From Planctomycetota bacterium (GTDB lineage: Bacteria; Planctomycetota; Planctomycetia; Pirellulales; PNKZ01), in contig JAFLCO010000002.1 in assembly GCA_017303535.1 (NCBI GenBank), positions 1-59,254 of the forward strand: a stretch of 59,254 bases of DNA, given 5' to 3'. Positions 36,739 through 44,707 of the stretch are shown one piece after another. The translations under genes were made by a program, and so were the position numbers. Numbering within the stretch: the first letter of the stretch is position 1; each line of letters opens with the position of its first letter. The notes beneath the pieces were generated by a model. That model worked only from the letters and a program-made list of their open reading frames with translations. It had not been told where the DNA came from and made no database searches.

Positions 36739-37800
36739 ATGAGGTTTGCCATGCGTTACGCATCCATACTTGCGACACTCTTCTGCGCCCTGGTTTACGG
36801 ATCGCCTGCAAGTTTCGCGCAGCAGCCTACTCAACCGTCGACGGCCTCGTCACCTTTTGACGTCATCTGCGGAGTCGGGCAGACGAAGCCGGCACGAATT
36901 CTGTTCCTCGGCGATAGTATTACTCACGCCGGAAAGTACGTAGCTTACGTCGAAACGCTCGCGCGGCTTGAATTTCGCGACGCCGTGCGCGGCATCGAGT
37001 TCATCAACTGCGGACTTTCCAGCGAGACCGTCTCCGGGCTCTCCGAAGAAGGCCACGCCGGCGGAAAGTTTCCGCGGCCGACGGTTCACGAACGTTTGGA
37101 CCGTGTGCTGGCCGAGGTGAAGCCGGAAGTCGTCGTCGCCTGCTACGGCATGAATTGCGGCATCTACAAGCCGCTCGCCGAAGAGCGCTTTGCCAAGTAT
37201 CGCGAGGGGATCGAGTCGCTCCGCAAGAAATGTTTCGCGGCCGGTGCGAAGCAGGTCGTGCATCTCACTCCGCCGGTTTTCGACGCGCTACCGATTAAAG
37301 ACCGGGTCGCTTCGGCAGGCAGCAACGACTACTCAAAGCCTTACGCAGGCTACGACGAAGTTCTCGAAGCCTACGGAAATTGGCTCCTTTCCAAGCGGGC
37401 CGATGGCTGGGAAGTGGTCGACGTCCACGGCCCGATGAAGGCGCTTATCCGGGAGCGCCGCCAGACCGAACCGGAGTTCACCGTCGCGAAAGACGGCGTC
37501 CATCCGAACAATCTCGGTCATTGGCTAATCGCCAAGGCGATCATGAACGAAGGCAAAAAAGTCGACGATTTCGCGAAGTATGCCGACGGCGAAGCGGCCG
37601 TCGCCGCGTTTCCGCACGGAGCGGAAGTCCTCAAACTCGTCGAACAGCGTCTCGCCCTGATGCACGACGCCTACCTTACGGCGACGAAACACAAACGCCC
37701 CGGGGTCAAAGAAGGGCTCCCGCTCCCGGAAGCGAAGCAGAAGTCGATGGAGATCGAGGCGAAGATTGTGGAGTTGCTAAAAACCCCCGGGAAAAGCTAA
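36739..37800 (+). CDS. Exported SGNH/GDSL-family hydrolase
   Basis: A signal peptide is present. Block I is ILFLGDSITHAG and block V is DGVHPNNLGHWLIA. Confidence 0.85.
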   Translation: MRFAMRYASILATLFCALVYGSPASFAQQPTQPSTASSPFDVICGVGQTKPARILFLGDSITHAGKYVAYVETLARLEFRDAVRGIEFINCGLSSETVSGLSEEGHAGGKFPRPTVHERLDRVLAEVKPEVVVACYGMNCGIYKPLAEERFAKYREGIESLRKKCFAAGAKQVVHLTPPVFDALPIKDRVASAGSNDYSKPYAGYDEVLEAYGNWLLSKRADGWEVVDVHGPMKALIRERRQTEPEFTVAKDGVHPNNLGHWLIAKAIMNEGKKVDDFAKYADGEAAVAAFPHGAEVLKLVEQRLALMHDAYLTATKHKRPGVKEGLPLPEAKQKSMEIEAKIVELLKTPGKS

Positions 37801-38423
37801 TCGTCGACTTTGCGCCTCGCTTGCGATTTCGCGGAAGCGCCGCTGCGTAGTCCCGGCATCCATCCATCGTACGCTTTGACAAACTCCCACGACTGCGCCG
37901 GCCGGCGCGCCTTAATCGGATTGTCTTCGACATACTTTATACAACGTCGGATATCCTCGGCCGTTTCGAGATACACCACCCAACCCTTGCCGCCCCAGAT
38001 CGGGTGATTCGCCGAAAATAAACCGGCGGAACGTAGAGCGTCGGCCGATGTCTCTTGAAACCGCTCGATCATCCGATCGCCGTTATCGCGATGCCTTCGG
38101 ATCACGAGATGCACATGATCCGGCATAATTGCGCAAGCGTAGCACGTGTAGCTTGCTTCGGTGATTGTTGCGTGGAATGACTTTGCGACGACGGCAATCT
38201 CCTCAACGCACAGCATCCGCAGTTCATGCTGTAATTGACCCGCGGCCAAATTGCGAAACGCCCCGATATCTTTGCCGGCCGGCTGAATGCGCTTTCGTCC
38301 GTAGTGAATCTCGCCGAGTGCTGCGATCTTCGGATTGCGAATCGATTTCGACATGCTTCCCCGCGGATCGTTGGGAAGCCAGTAGCCGTAGATCGTCCAG
38401 ATAAGGTGATGAGCGACGATCAT
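37797..38423 (-). CDS. IS200/IS605-type Y1 (HUH) transposase-like protein, RAYT-like, with no tnpB partner
   Basis: The HUH motif is MPDHVHLVIRR. The Tyr motif is CIKYVEDNPIKA, which follows the Y-x3-NP pattern of REP-associated tyrosine transposases. The gene stands alone, with a convergent 4-nt overlap with the SGNH gene. Confidence 0.75.
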   Translation of the reverse strand: MIVAHHLIWTIYGYWLPNDPRGSMSKSIRNPKIAALGEIHYGRKRIQPAGKDIGAFRNLAAGQLQHELRMLCVEEIAVVAKSFHATITEASYTCYACAIMPDHVHLVIRRHRDNGDRMIERFQETSADALRSAGLFSANHPIWGGKGWVVYLETAEDIRRCIKYVEDNPIKARRPAQSWEFVKAYDGWMPGLRSGASAKSQARRKVDD

Positions 38424-38478
38424 GATTAGTCAGTTCGCGAAATCACAAGCGTGAATCAACTTGGATATCAGCTACGCG

Positions 38479-39042
38479 CTAGTCGTTATGCAACTTTCGC
38501 AACCGTCCGCTCGTTCTGAGGATCCATTGCACGCGTTCAAATTCGTCGAGCCAGTCTTGCAGCACCGCGTCGTCGGCCGATTGACCGGGGAGCAGAATGC
38601 CCGTCGGACAAGAAGGGCCCGTGTCGATATCGGCGACGAGCCTGCGGTACTTCGCCAGCGTGCGATCGCCGTACATGCCGACTTGGAAGTTGTCTTCGCT
38701 GGCAAATAGCACGACCGGCACCCGCGCGCCGCCGCAGACGCTCAGCATCGCGCCGAGATCCGGATGCGCGTCGCGATCGAAAAACCGGAGCTTGATCACC
38801 GGCGCGGCCTGCGCGAAGTGGTCGAACATCGGGCACTGATTCACGCAATCGCCGCACCAGGCGCCGGCCAAGACCAGCACTTTCGTCTCGCGCTTCCACG
38901 ACTTCAGCAGTTCGATCTGCGCCGGCTTCAGCTTCACCGTGGCGTGGTACTGGGCCCACTTTCCTTGCTGCTCCGGCGTGCCGTACTTGGCGAGAAAATC
39001 GGCGTACGACAACCCTTCTTCGAACTTCGCTGCGAGATCCAC
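38479..39042 (-). CDS. Thioredoxin-fold protein
   Basis: The active-site-like motif is WCGDC in VLVLAGAWCGDCVNQCP. The start is GTG at 39042. Confidence 0.8.
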   Translation of the reverse strand: MDLAAKFEEGLSYADFLAKYGTPEQQGKWAQYHATVKLKPAQIELLKSWKRETKVLVLAGAWCGDCVNQCPMFDHFAQAAPVIKLRFFDRDAHPDLGAMLSVCGGARVPVVLFASEDNFQVGMYGDRTLAKYRRLVADIDTGPSCPTGILLPGQSADDAVLQDWLDEFERVQWILRTSGRLRKLHND

Positions 39043-39075
39043 GGCGACATTCCTTCACGATAATTGCAACGAAAG

Positions 39076-39729
39076 TTACTTCGGTTGCGGGTTCTTGTTT
39101 TTTCTGTGCAGTTCGACGGCCCGCCACATGTACCAACTGCCGACCGAGCGAAACGGCCGCCACTTCTCGGCGTGCCGCGCCAACTGGTCGGCCGTCGGCA
39201 TCGCGGCCAGTCCGTAGGTGTGCATGAAACCTTGCCGCACGCCGAGGTCGGCTATCGGCAACACGTCGGGCCTGCCAAGCGTGAACATCAGCAGCATTTC
39301 CACCGTCCACACGCCCACGCCGCGCACCTGCGTCAAGCGTTCGACGATCGTCTCGTCGTCCAACCCGCGCAGCACGCGCATGGTCGGCACCGTGCCGTCG
39401 AGCGTTTTCGTCGCCAAATCGCGCATCGCGGCCAGTTTGTTGCGAGACAACCCCGCCCCGCGCAACGCCTCGTCCGTCAGCGCGGCGAGGAGTTGCGGCG
39501 TCGGTCGCCTCGCCGGCGCATGCAAGGCCAGTACGCGCCCGTGAATCGTCGCGGCCGCCTTTCCCGAAAGCTGCTGCCCGACGATCGCTCGCAACAACGA
39601 TTCATACGGGCTCGTTCGCTTCGGCGGCAGCAGCGTAAACGGACCGGCCTGACGAATGACCCGCGCCAACACACGATCCCGCTTCGTCAAATGCTCGACG
39701 GCGGCGATCGGGTCGTACGAAAGTGTCAT
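39076..39729 (-). CDS. alkA: DNA-3-methyladenine glycosylase II-like (HhH-GPD superfamily)
   Basis: AIVGQQLSGKAAATI is present. The HhH-GPD segment is LTQVRGVGVWTVEMLLMFTLGRPDVLPIADLGV, with the Asp in ADLG. Start is the ATG at 39729. Confidence 0.8.
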   Translation of the reverse strand: MTLSYDPIAAVEHLTKRDRVLARVIRQAGPFTLLPPKRTSPYESLLRAIVGQQLSGKAAATIHGRVLALHAPARRPTPQLLAALTDEALRGAGLSRNKLAAMRDLATKTLDGTVPTMRVLRGLDDETIVERLTQVRGVGVWTVEMLLMFTLGRPDVLPIADLGVRQGFMHTYGLAAMPTADQLARHAEKWRPFRSVGSWYMWRAVELHRKNKNPQPK

Positions 39730-39805
39730 CGTTACACGGTCGGCGGGTTGCGATGGTCGGCCGCTACGGTATGTTACCGAAAACTCAGCAGGCCGAGGAA
39801 CCCCC

Positions 39806-40630
39806 ATGAAGTTCGCCATTTGCAACGAAACTTTCCAAGACTGGCCGTTTGAAAAGGCCTTCGCCTTCGCGCGCGAGTGCGGTTACACCGGCTTGGAAAT
39901 CGCGCCGTTTACCATCAACACGGATGCCCGCGAGATCAGCGCGGCCCGGCGTGCGGAAGTTCGTAAGCAAGCGGAAGCGGCCGACTTGCAGATCATCGGC
40001 TTGCATTGGCTGCTGGCGAAAACGACCGGCTTCTACCTCACGACGCCCGACGCCGACGTGCGCCGCAAGACTTCGGAATACCTGCAAGAGCTGGCCCGAC
40101 TCTGTCGCGATCTCGGCGGCTCGGTGATGGTGCTCGGCTCGCCGCTGCAGCGCAACTTGCTGCCGAACGTCACGATGGATCAAGCGATGGGCTTCGCGGC
40201 CGAAGTGCTCAGTTCGGCGATGCCCGTCATGGAACAGCTCGACGTGACGCTGGCCGTCGAACCGCTCGGGCCTGCCGACGGCAACTTTTTGAACACGGCC
40301 GCCGAAGGCGTGAAGCTGTGTGAGATGGTCGGCTCGTCGCATTGCCGGTTGCATCTCGACTGCAAAGCCATGTCGAGCGAACCGACGCCGATTCCGGACC
40401 TGCTTCGGCAGTTCCGCCGCGAGATGGTTCACTTCCACGCCAACGACCCGAACCTGCGCGGGCCGGGCATGGGCGAACTCGACTTCGTGCCGATCTTCCA
40501 AGCGCTCGGCGAAATCGATTACCGCGGCTGGGTCTCGGTCGAAGTGTTCGACTACACCCCGGGCGTCGAGCGGCTGGCGAAAGACAGCATCGACTACATG
40601 CTGGACGTTTGCGAGAAGGTCGGCGGCTAG
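39806..40630 (+). CDS. Sugar phosphate isomerase/epimerase (xylose isomerase-like TIM barrel)
   Basis: The N-terminus is MKFAICNETFQDWPFEKAFAFARECGYTGLEIAPFT. The family layout is typical, with LAVEPL and HFHANDPN. Confidence 0.85.
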   Translation: MKFAICNETFQDWPFEKAFAFARECGYTGLEIAPFTINTDAREISAARRAEVRKQAEAADLQIIGLHWLLAKTTGFYLTTPDADVRRKTSEYLQELARLCRDLGGSVMVLGSPLQRNLLPNVTMDQAMGFAAEVLSSAMPVMEQLDVTLAVEPLGPADGNFLNTAAEGVKLCEMVGSSHCRLHLDCKAMSSEPTPIPDLLRQFRREMVHFHANDPNLRGPGMGELDFVPIFQALGEIDYRGWVSVEVFDYTPGVERLAKDSIDYMLDVCEKVGG

Positions 40631-40640
40631 ACTGCCCGAA

Positions 40641-40720
40641 GCGAGCGGCGGGCTTTACGCCCGCCGTCTGGAAAACATCGTCTAAAAACGCAGACGGCGG
40701 GGATAAACCCCGCCGCTCGC
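40641..40720. repeat. REPIN-like inverted doublet of a 30-nt GC-rich palindromic element
   Basis: GCGAGCGGCGGGCTTTACGCCCGCCGTCTG (40641..40670) and CAGACGGCGGGGATAAACCCCGCCGCTCGC (40691..40720) are near-exact reverse complements separated by 20 nt. Each also folds on itself. Confidence 0.8.
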
Positions 40721-40747
40721 AAAAAACTCAATCAACTCAAGACAGTA

Positions 40748-41143
40748 TTAGCCGCTGGCCGCTTTCATTTCGGCCAGGTGTTGGGCCGTGCCGACGAGCC
40801 GATCCCAGTTGGCTTCCACATATTCCGGCGGGCCGCCCATCGCGGCCACGGCCAGGGCCACCTTCTCGGTCGGCACCATTTCAATCGCGTCCCACGGGCA
40901 GACCGTCAGTTCGTACGGGTTCGTCTTTTTCTGCGGGATATGGACGCAGACTTCGCAGCCCACGCAGCGCTCGATGTCGATCTGACACCAGCTTTGCAGG
41001 TTGTGAAATTGGTCGTACTGCTGAATCTTCACGATGCAATCGACCGGGCAGACCTCAAGGCACGACTCGCAGCCGGTGCAATTGTCGGCGTTGATGACGG
41101 CGAGTTCTTTCGGCAGCTTCTTACGAGGGGCCGTTTTGGCCAT
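40748..41143 (-). CDS. 4Fe-4S dicluster ferredoxin-domain protein
   Basis: Two Cys clusters are present: CTGCESCLEVCP and CVGCEVCVHIP...CP. Confidence 0.85.
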   Translation of the reverse strand: MAKTAPRKKLPKELAVINADNCTGCESCLEVCPVDCIVKIQQYDQFHNLQSWCQIDIERCVGCEVCVHIPQKKTNPYELTVCPWDAIEMVPTEKVALAVAAMGGPPEYVEANWDRLVGTAQHLAEMKAASG

Positions 41144-41186
41144 CGGACGGATCCCTAATCAAGCGGAACGTCATGAAACGAACTGC

Positions 41187-41321
41187 AATGACCAATGACC
41201 AAGCACCAGATTCCAAACAAACGACAAAGCAAAATGATCAAATCGCGAGGCGAGGCGACGCGGCTTAGATCATTCTGAGCTTGAGATTTGTTTGATGCTT
41301 GGTGCTTGGACCTTGGTCATT
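41187..41321. repeat. Long imperfect inverted repeat (about 44-nt arms) in a divergent promoter region
   Basis: The left arm is AATGACCAATGACCAAGCACCAGATTCCAAACAAACGACAAAGC (41187..41230). The right arm is GAGCTTGAGATTTGTTTGATGCTTGGTGCTTGGACCTTGGTCATT (41277..41321). An inner pair AATGATC/GATCATT is also present. Confidence 0.75.
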
Positions 41322-41505
41322 CCGCCGGCGGGCGGCAGCTACAAAATCATAGAAACAAATCGGCCGTAGTCCAATCGCGGGCCACAGCTAATTTCGGCAT
41401 TTTGGGATGAAAAACCGTTCAAGTTCGGGCAAAATGCGGTTCCTGCCTGCCGCCGAATTCGCCTTCGGCCTCCTCTCCCCGCCTACCATCCGAAGGGTTC
41501 TCCTG

Positions 41506-43068
41506 ATGCGCACCATCACGATTTGCGTTGTGGGTTCACTTTTCGCCGCGCCGATGTTTGCGTCGCCGGCACTCGTCACCGCCGCCGAACCGACCGCAGC
41601 CGCCGCAGCGCCCACTAAGCCGACCCTGCTCAAGGTTGGATTCGCCGAACGCGACATCACGCCGGAGCTTGGCATGGAGCAGCCCGGCGGCTACGGCAAG
41701 ACGTACCATCGCACGCTGCACGACCCCTGCAAGGTGCGGGCTTCGGTCTGGGACGACGGCAAGACGCGGGCCGCCGTCGTAGGGATCGATGCCTTGCTCA
41801 TCCGCCGTGAGACGGTCGACATCGTCCGCGCCGAAATCGAAAAGAGGTGCGGCATTCCGGGCACGTCGATTCTGATCGGCGCGTCGCACTCGCATAGTTC
41901 GGGTCCCATCGGCATGGCGTATCCCGGCGAGTTCGACCATGCCTCGGCCGAAGTGCAGGACCTGGCCTACAACAAAACGTCGTGCGCCGATCCGAAGTAT
42001 TTGAAAGTTATTGAAAAGCAATTGGTCGACGCCGTCGTCGCCGCCGACGCCGGTCGCGTACCGGCGCTCGTCGGAGTCGGCAAAGGAATCGAAGACAAGG
42101 TCGCGTTCAACCGCCGGTTCCGCATGAAGAACGGGCTGACGATGACGCACCCTCGGCAGGGGAACCCCGACATTGTCGAAGTCGCCGGGCCGACCGATCC
42201 GGAAGTCGGCGTGATCGGCGCGTGGGACGAGAAAGGCAAGCTCCTCGGCTGCGTCGTCAACTTCGCGTGCCACGCGACGACGAATCCCGGAGGCATTTCG
42301 GCCAACTACGTTTGCTACTTAGAGCAGGCCGTGCAAGGGTTCTTCGGCAAAGACGCCGTCGTCGTGTTCGCGGCCGGCTGCTCGGGCGACGTCACGCAAG
42401 TCGACAACCTGACGAAGCACGCCAATCCGAAGCCGGAGCAATGGGCCAAAATGGTCGGTGGCCGCGTCGGCGCGGAAGCGGTGAAGGTGTTGCTCACCGT
42501 CGAGCCGGGGCCGGTCGGGCCGGTCGCCGTCGAACTGAAGACGATCAACGTCGGCCGGCGCGTGCCGCGGCCCGAGCGCGTGAAGGCGTGCTGGGACATC
42601 GTTCGTCGCGGGCCCGACAAGCAAGACGCCACCGAATGGACGTTCGCGAAAGAGATCGTGCTTCTGGACTCCATCATCCAGAAGCAGCCGCGGGTCGACG
42701 TCGAAGTGCAGGCCGTGCAGATCGGGCCGGCCGTGTTTGTGTCGAACCCGGCGGAGTACTTCGTCGAGTACGGACTGGGGATCAAGAAGGGAAGCCCGTT
42801 CGAGTTCACGTTCCCGGTCGAGCTGGCGAACGGCATCGTCGGGTACGTGCCGACCGAAGAAGCCCTCGGCCCTCACGGCGGCGGCTACGAAACGCGACTC
42901 ACGTACTACAGCAACCTGGAACCGACGGCCGGCACGCAGATCATGAATGCGGGCATCGAACTGACCCGCCGGCTGACGCCGGGAGCGACACCTTCGCGCG
43001 GCCCGGCCCCGCCGTTCCGCGCCGGCAGCGGCTGGAGCTATGGAAATCTGCCGCCGGAGTTGAACTAG
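41506..43068 (+). CDS. Exported protein with a neutral/alkaline ceramidase-like N-terminal domain
   Basis: Start is the ATG at 41506, giving the signal peptide MRTITICVVGSLFAAPMFASPA. KVGFAERDITPELGMEQPGGYG and GASHSHSSGP resemble the ceramidase N-terminal family. Confidence 0.7.
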   Translation: MRTITICVVGSLFAAPMFASPALVTAAEPTAAAAAPTKPTLLKVGFAERDITPELGMEQPGGYGKTYHRTLHDPCKVRASVWDDGKTRAAVVGIDALLIRRETVDIVRAEIEKRCGIPGTSILIGASHSHSSGPIGMAYPGEFDHASAEVQDLAYNKTSCADPKYLKVIEKQLVDAVVAADAGRVPALVGVGKGIEDKVAFNRRFRMKNGLTMTHPRQGNPDIVEVAGPTDPEVGVIGAWDEKGKLLGCVVNFACHATTNPGGISANYVCYLEQAVQGFFGKDAVVVFAAGCSGDVTQVDNLTKHANPKPEQWAKMVGGRVGAEAVKVLLTVEPGPVGPVAVELKTINVGRRVPRPERVKACWDIVRRGPDKQDATEWTFAKEIVLLDSIIQKQPRVDVEVQAVQIGPAVFVSNPAEYFVEYGLGIKKGSPFEFTFPVELANGIVGYVPTEEALGPHGGGYETRLTYYSNLEPTAGTQIMNAGIELTRRLTPGATPSRGPAPPFRAGSGWSYGNLPPELN

Positions 43069-43086
43069 CAGTAGTGGGGAGTGATG

Positions 43087-43271
43087 AGTGGGGAGTGGGG
43101 AGTGTTGAAACGATCTTCAGGACGCTTTGAATAGTTTTTCGCTATTGATATCTTGCGTAGAGTAGCTTTTATCGATCATAGAAACGCGGAGACGAGCTCC
43201 GCGGCTAAATGAACGACAGAAAGTCTGCTCAGTGTCCGACATTCCCCACTCAACACTCCCCACTCCCCACT
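43087..43271. repeat. Perfect 22-nt inverted repeat pair bracketing the oxyR-like promoter region
   Basis: AGTGGGGAGTGGGGAGTGTTGA at 43087..43108 and its exact reverse complement at 43250..43271, 141 nt apart. Confidence 0.9.
43131..43145 (+). promoter_or_regulatory. Candidate LysR/OxyR-type operator half-site ATAG-N7-CTAT
   Basis: ATAGTTTTTCGCTAT sits in the only AT-rich stretch upstream of the LysR gene. It matches the T-N11-A LTTR box and one ATAG-N7-CTAT OxyR dyad. The adjacent second dyad is poor. Confidence 0.4.
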
Positions 43272-44171
43272 TCCCCCGTGGAACTCGACCAACTTCGCTA
43301 CTTCACCGCCACGGCGGAGATGTTGAACTTCACGCGGGCCGCCGAGCGATGCTTGGTGTCGCAGCCGTCGTTGAGTCAGGCGATTATCAAGCTGGAGCAT
43401 GAACTCGGCGCGGCGCTCTTCGAACGGCTCGGGCGCAACGTTCGGCTGACGCCAGCAGGACGGACCTTTTACGAACATGCGATGCGCGTGCTCGGTGCGG
43501 CCAATGCGGCCCGCGACTCGCTGCGGGCCGCCGACCAATGGCAACGCGGCCCGGCGAGCATCGGGGCAATTCTCACAGTCGCCCCTTATCTGCTGCCGCC
43601 GATCTTGCGAACGTTCACGCGCAAGTTTCCCGAGGCCAAGCTCACGGTCCGCGAAGATTTCACGGCCGGCATCGTGCAGGCCGTCGTCGCCGGCGAGTTG
43701 GACCTTGGCATCGCCGCGCTGCCGATCGACGAACCAAGACTCGTCGTCGAACCGCTCTTCACGGAAGAGCTGTTTGTGGCGCTGCCGGCCCGGCATCCGC
43801 TGGCGACGAAGCGTCGCAAACTTTCGACGGCCGACATCATCGACGAGTCGTTCGTGCTGCTCGACGAAACACATTGCCTCGGCGAGCAGGTCGTGAGCTT
43901 CTGCCGCGATCGCAAGTTTCAACCGACGGTCACCTGCCGCACCGCCCAACTGCTGACCGTGCAATCGATGGTCGCCCTCGGCCAGGGCCTGTCGCTCGTG
44001 CCGAAGATGGCGACGGCCGGGTCTGCGGCGAATAAGGGGATCGTCTACAAAAGCCTCGGCGACGATGCTCCCAAGCGCACGCTCTGCCTCCTGCGTCACC
44101 GCGACCGCTCACCGGGACGGCTCGTCGAAGAGTTGGCGGCATTGGTGACCGACGGAAGCGAATCGGCCTGA
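43209..44171 (+). CDS. oxyR: LysR-family transcriptional regulator, OxyR-like
   Basis: The HTH segment is LDQLRYFTATAEMLNFTRAAERCLVSQPSLSQAIIKLE. The Cys pair spacing is the same as in E. coli OxyR C199/C208: LLDETHCLGEQVVSFC here versus LEDGHCLRDQAMGFC. The true start may be the GTG at 43278, because 43241..43277 is a repeat element. Confidence 0.75.
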   Translation: MNDRKSAQCPTFPTQHSPLPTSPVELDQLRYFTATAEMLNFTRAAERCLVSQPSLSQAIIKLEHELGAALFERLGRNVRLTPAGRTFYEHAMRVLGAANAARDSLRAADQWQRGPASIGAILTVAPYLLPPILRTFTRKFPEAKLTVREDFTAGIVQAVVAGELDLGIAALPIDEPRLVVEPLFTEELFVALPARHPLATKRRKLSTADIIDESFVLLDETHCLGEQVVSFCRDRKFQPTVTCRTAQLLTVQSMVALGQGLSLVPKMATAGSAANKGIVYKSLGDDAPKRTLCLLRHRDRSPGRLVEELAALVTDGSESA

Positions 44172-44416
44172 GCGAGGGTTGCGAAAACGCCGCAAATCAC
44201 ACGATTTTCGTGGCTTGAGGAATTCGAGCGGCCGGCCAAAAACGCCCTGGAATCGACGCCGTAAAAGTGGAAAATACGGGGTTGGTTCTTTGACAATTCG
44301 GCAGAATTCATAGGCGCGGACAGCGAGCCGGGAGCGTTAGCGACCGGAGTCTTTATGCTGTCTGGAGTTGCGGCGTTTGGTGGAGGGTCTGCTCCCTCAT
44401 CCGCCGCTTTGCGGCA

Positions 44417-44440
44417 CCTTCTCCCTCAAGAGGGAGAAGG
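44417..44440. repeat. 10-bp-stem hairpin CCTTCTCCCT-CAAG-AGGGAGAAGG
   Basis: A perfect stem. It is related to the hairpin at 48551..48571 and, more loosely, to the 42-nt element in lhr. Confidence 0.7.
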
Positions 44441-44461
44441 GACGTTTCGACGCCCTCTAAG

Positions 44462-44504
44462 AATCGACGTAAGTCGCGCAAGCAATCTGACACTTACGTC
44501 GATT
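44462..44504. repeat. 43-nt hairpin element, copy 1
   Basis: AATCGACGTAAGT-(17 nt CGCGCAAGCAATCTGAC)-ACTTACGTCGATT, a perfect 13-bp stem. Confidence 0.8.
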
Positions 44505-44637
44505 ATTCGATGTGCGCACTCGGGCCAAAGTGCGCACTATCTCGACCCCTTTGTGCGCGTCGGAGCGCTTACCAACAAGGGGTGCGCACTCACTTCGACG
44601 ATGAGTGCGCAGTGCGCGGCGAATCTTCGGATTCGGC

Positions 44638-44679
44638 GTCGTCGTAAGTCGCGCAAGCGTTTCGGCACTTACGTCGATT
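44638..44679. repeat. 43-nt hairpin element, copy 2 (degenerate)
   Basis: GTCGTCGTAAGT-CGCGCAAGCGTTTCGGC-ACTTACGTCGATT. It is a direct repeat of copy 1 with a few substitutions. Confidence 0.75.
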
Positions 44680-44707
44680 TTGAAGCGTTGGAATTTGACG
44701 CAGTCGC

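Noticed and set aside
43176-44099. Minus-strand 307-aa ORF
   Set aside because: It lies antisense to the LysR/OxyR-like gene, whose HTH and effector domain are clear.
44290-44315. TTGACA hexamer as a possible promoter for an sRNA across the structured spacer
   Set aside because: No acceptable -10 element lies at 16-18 nt spacing, so I cannot support it from sequence alone.
44462-44679. Possible CRISPR array, given direct repeats with a spacer
   Set aside because: There are only two imperfect copies separated by about 130 nt, the repeats are strong hairpins of 43 nt, and there are no cas genes. This is not CRISPR-like.
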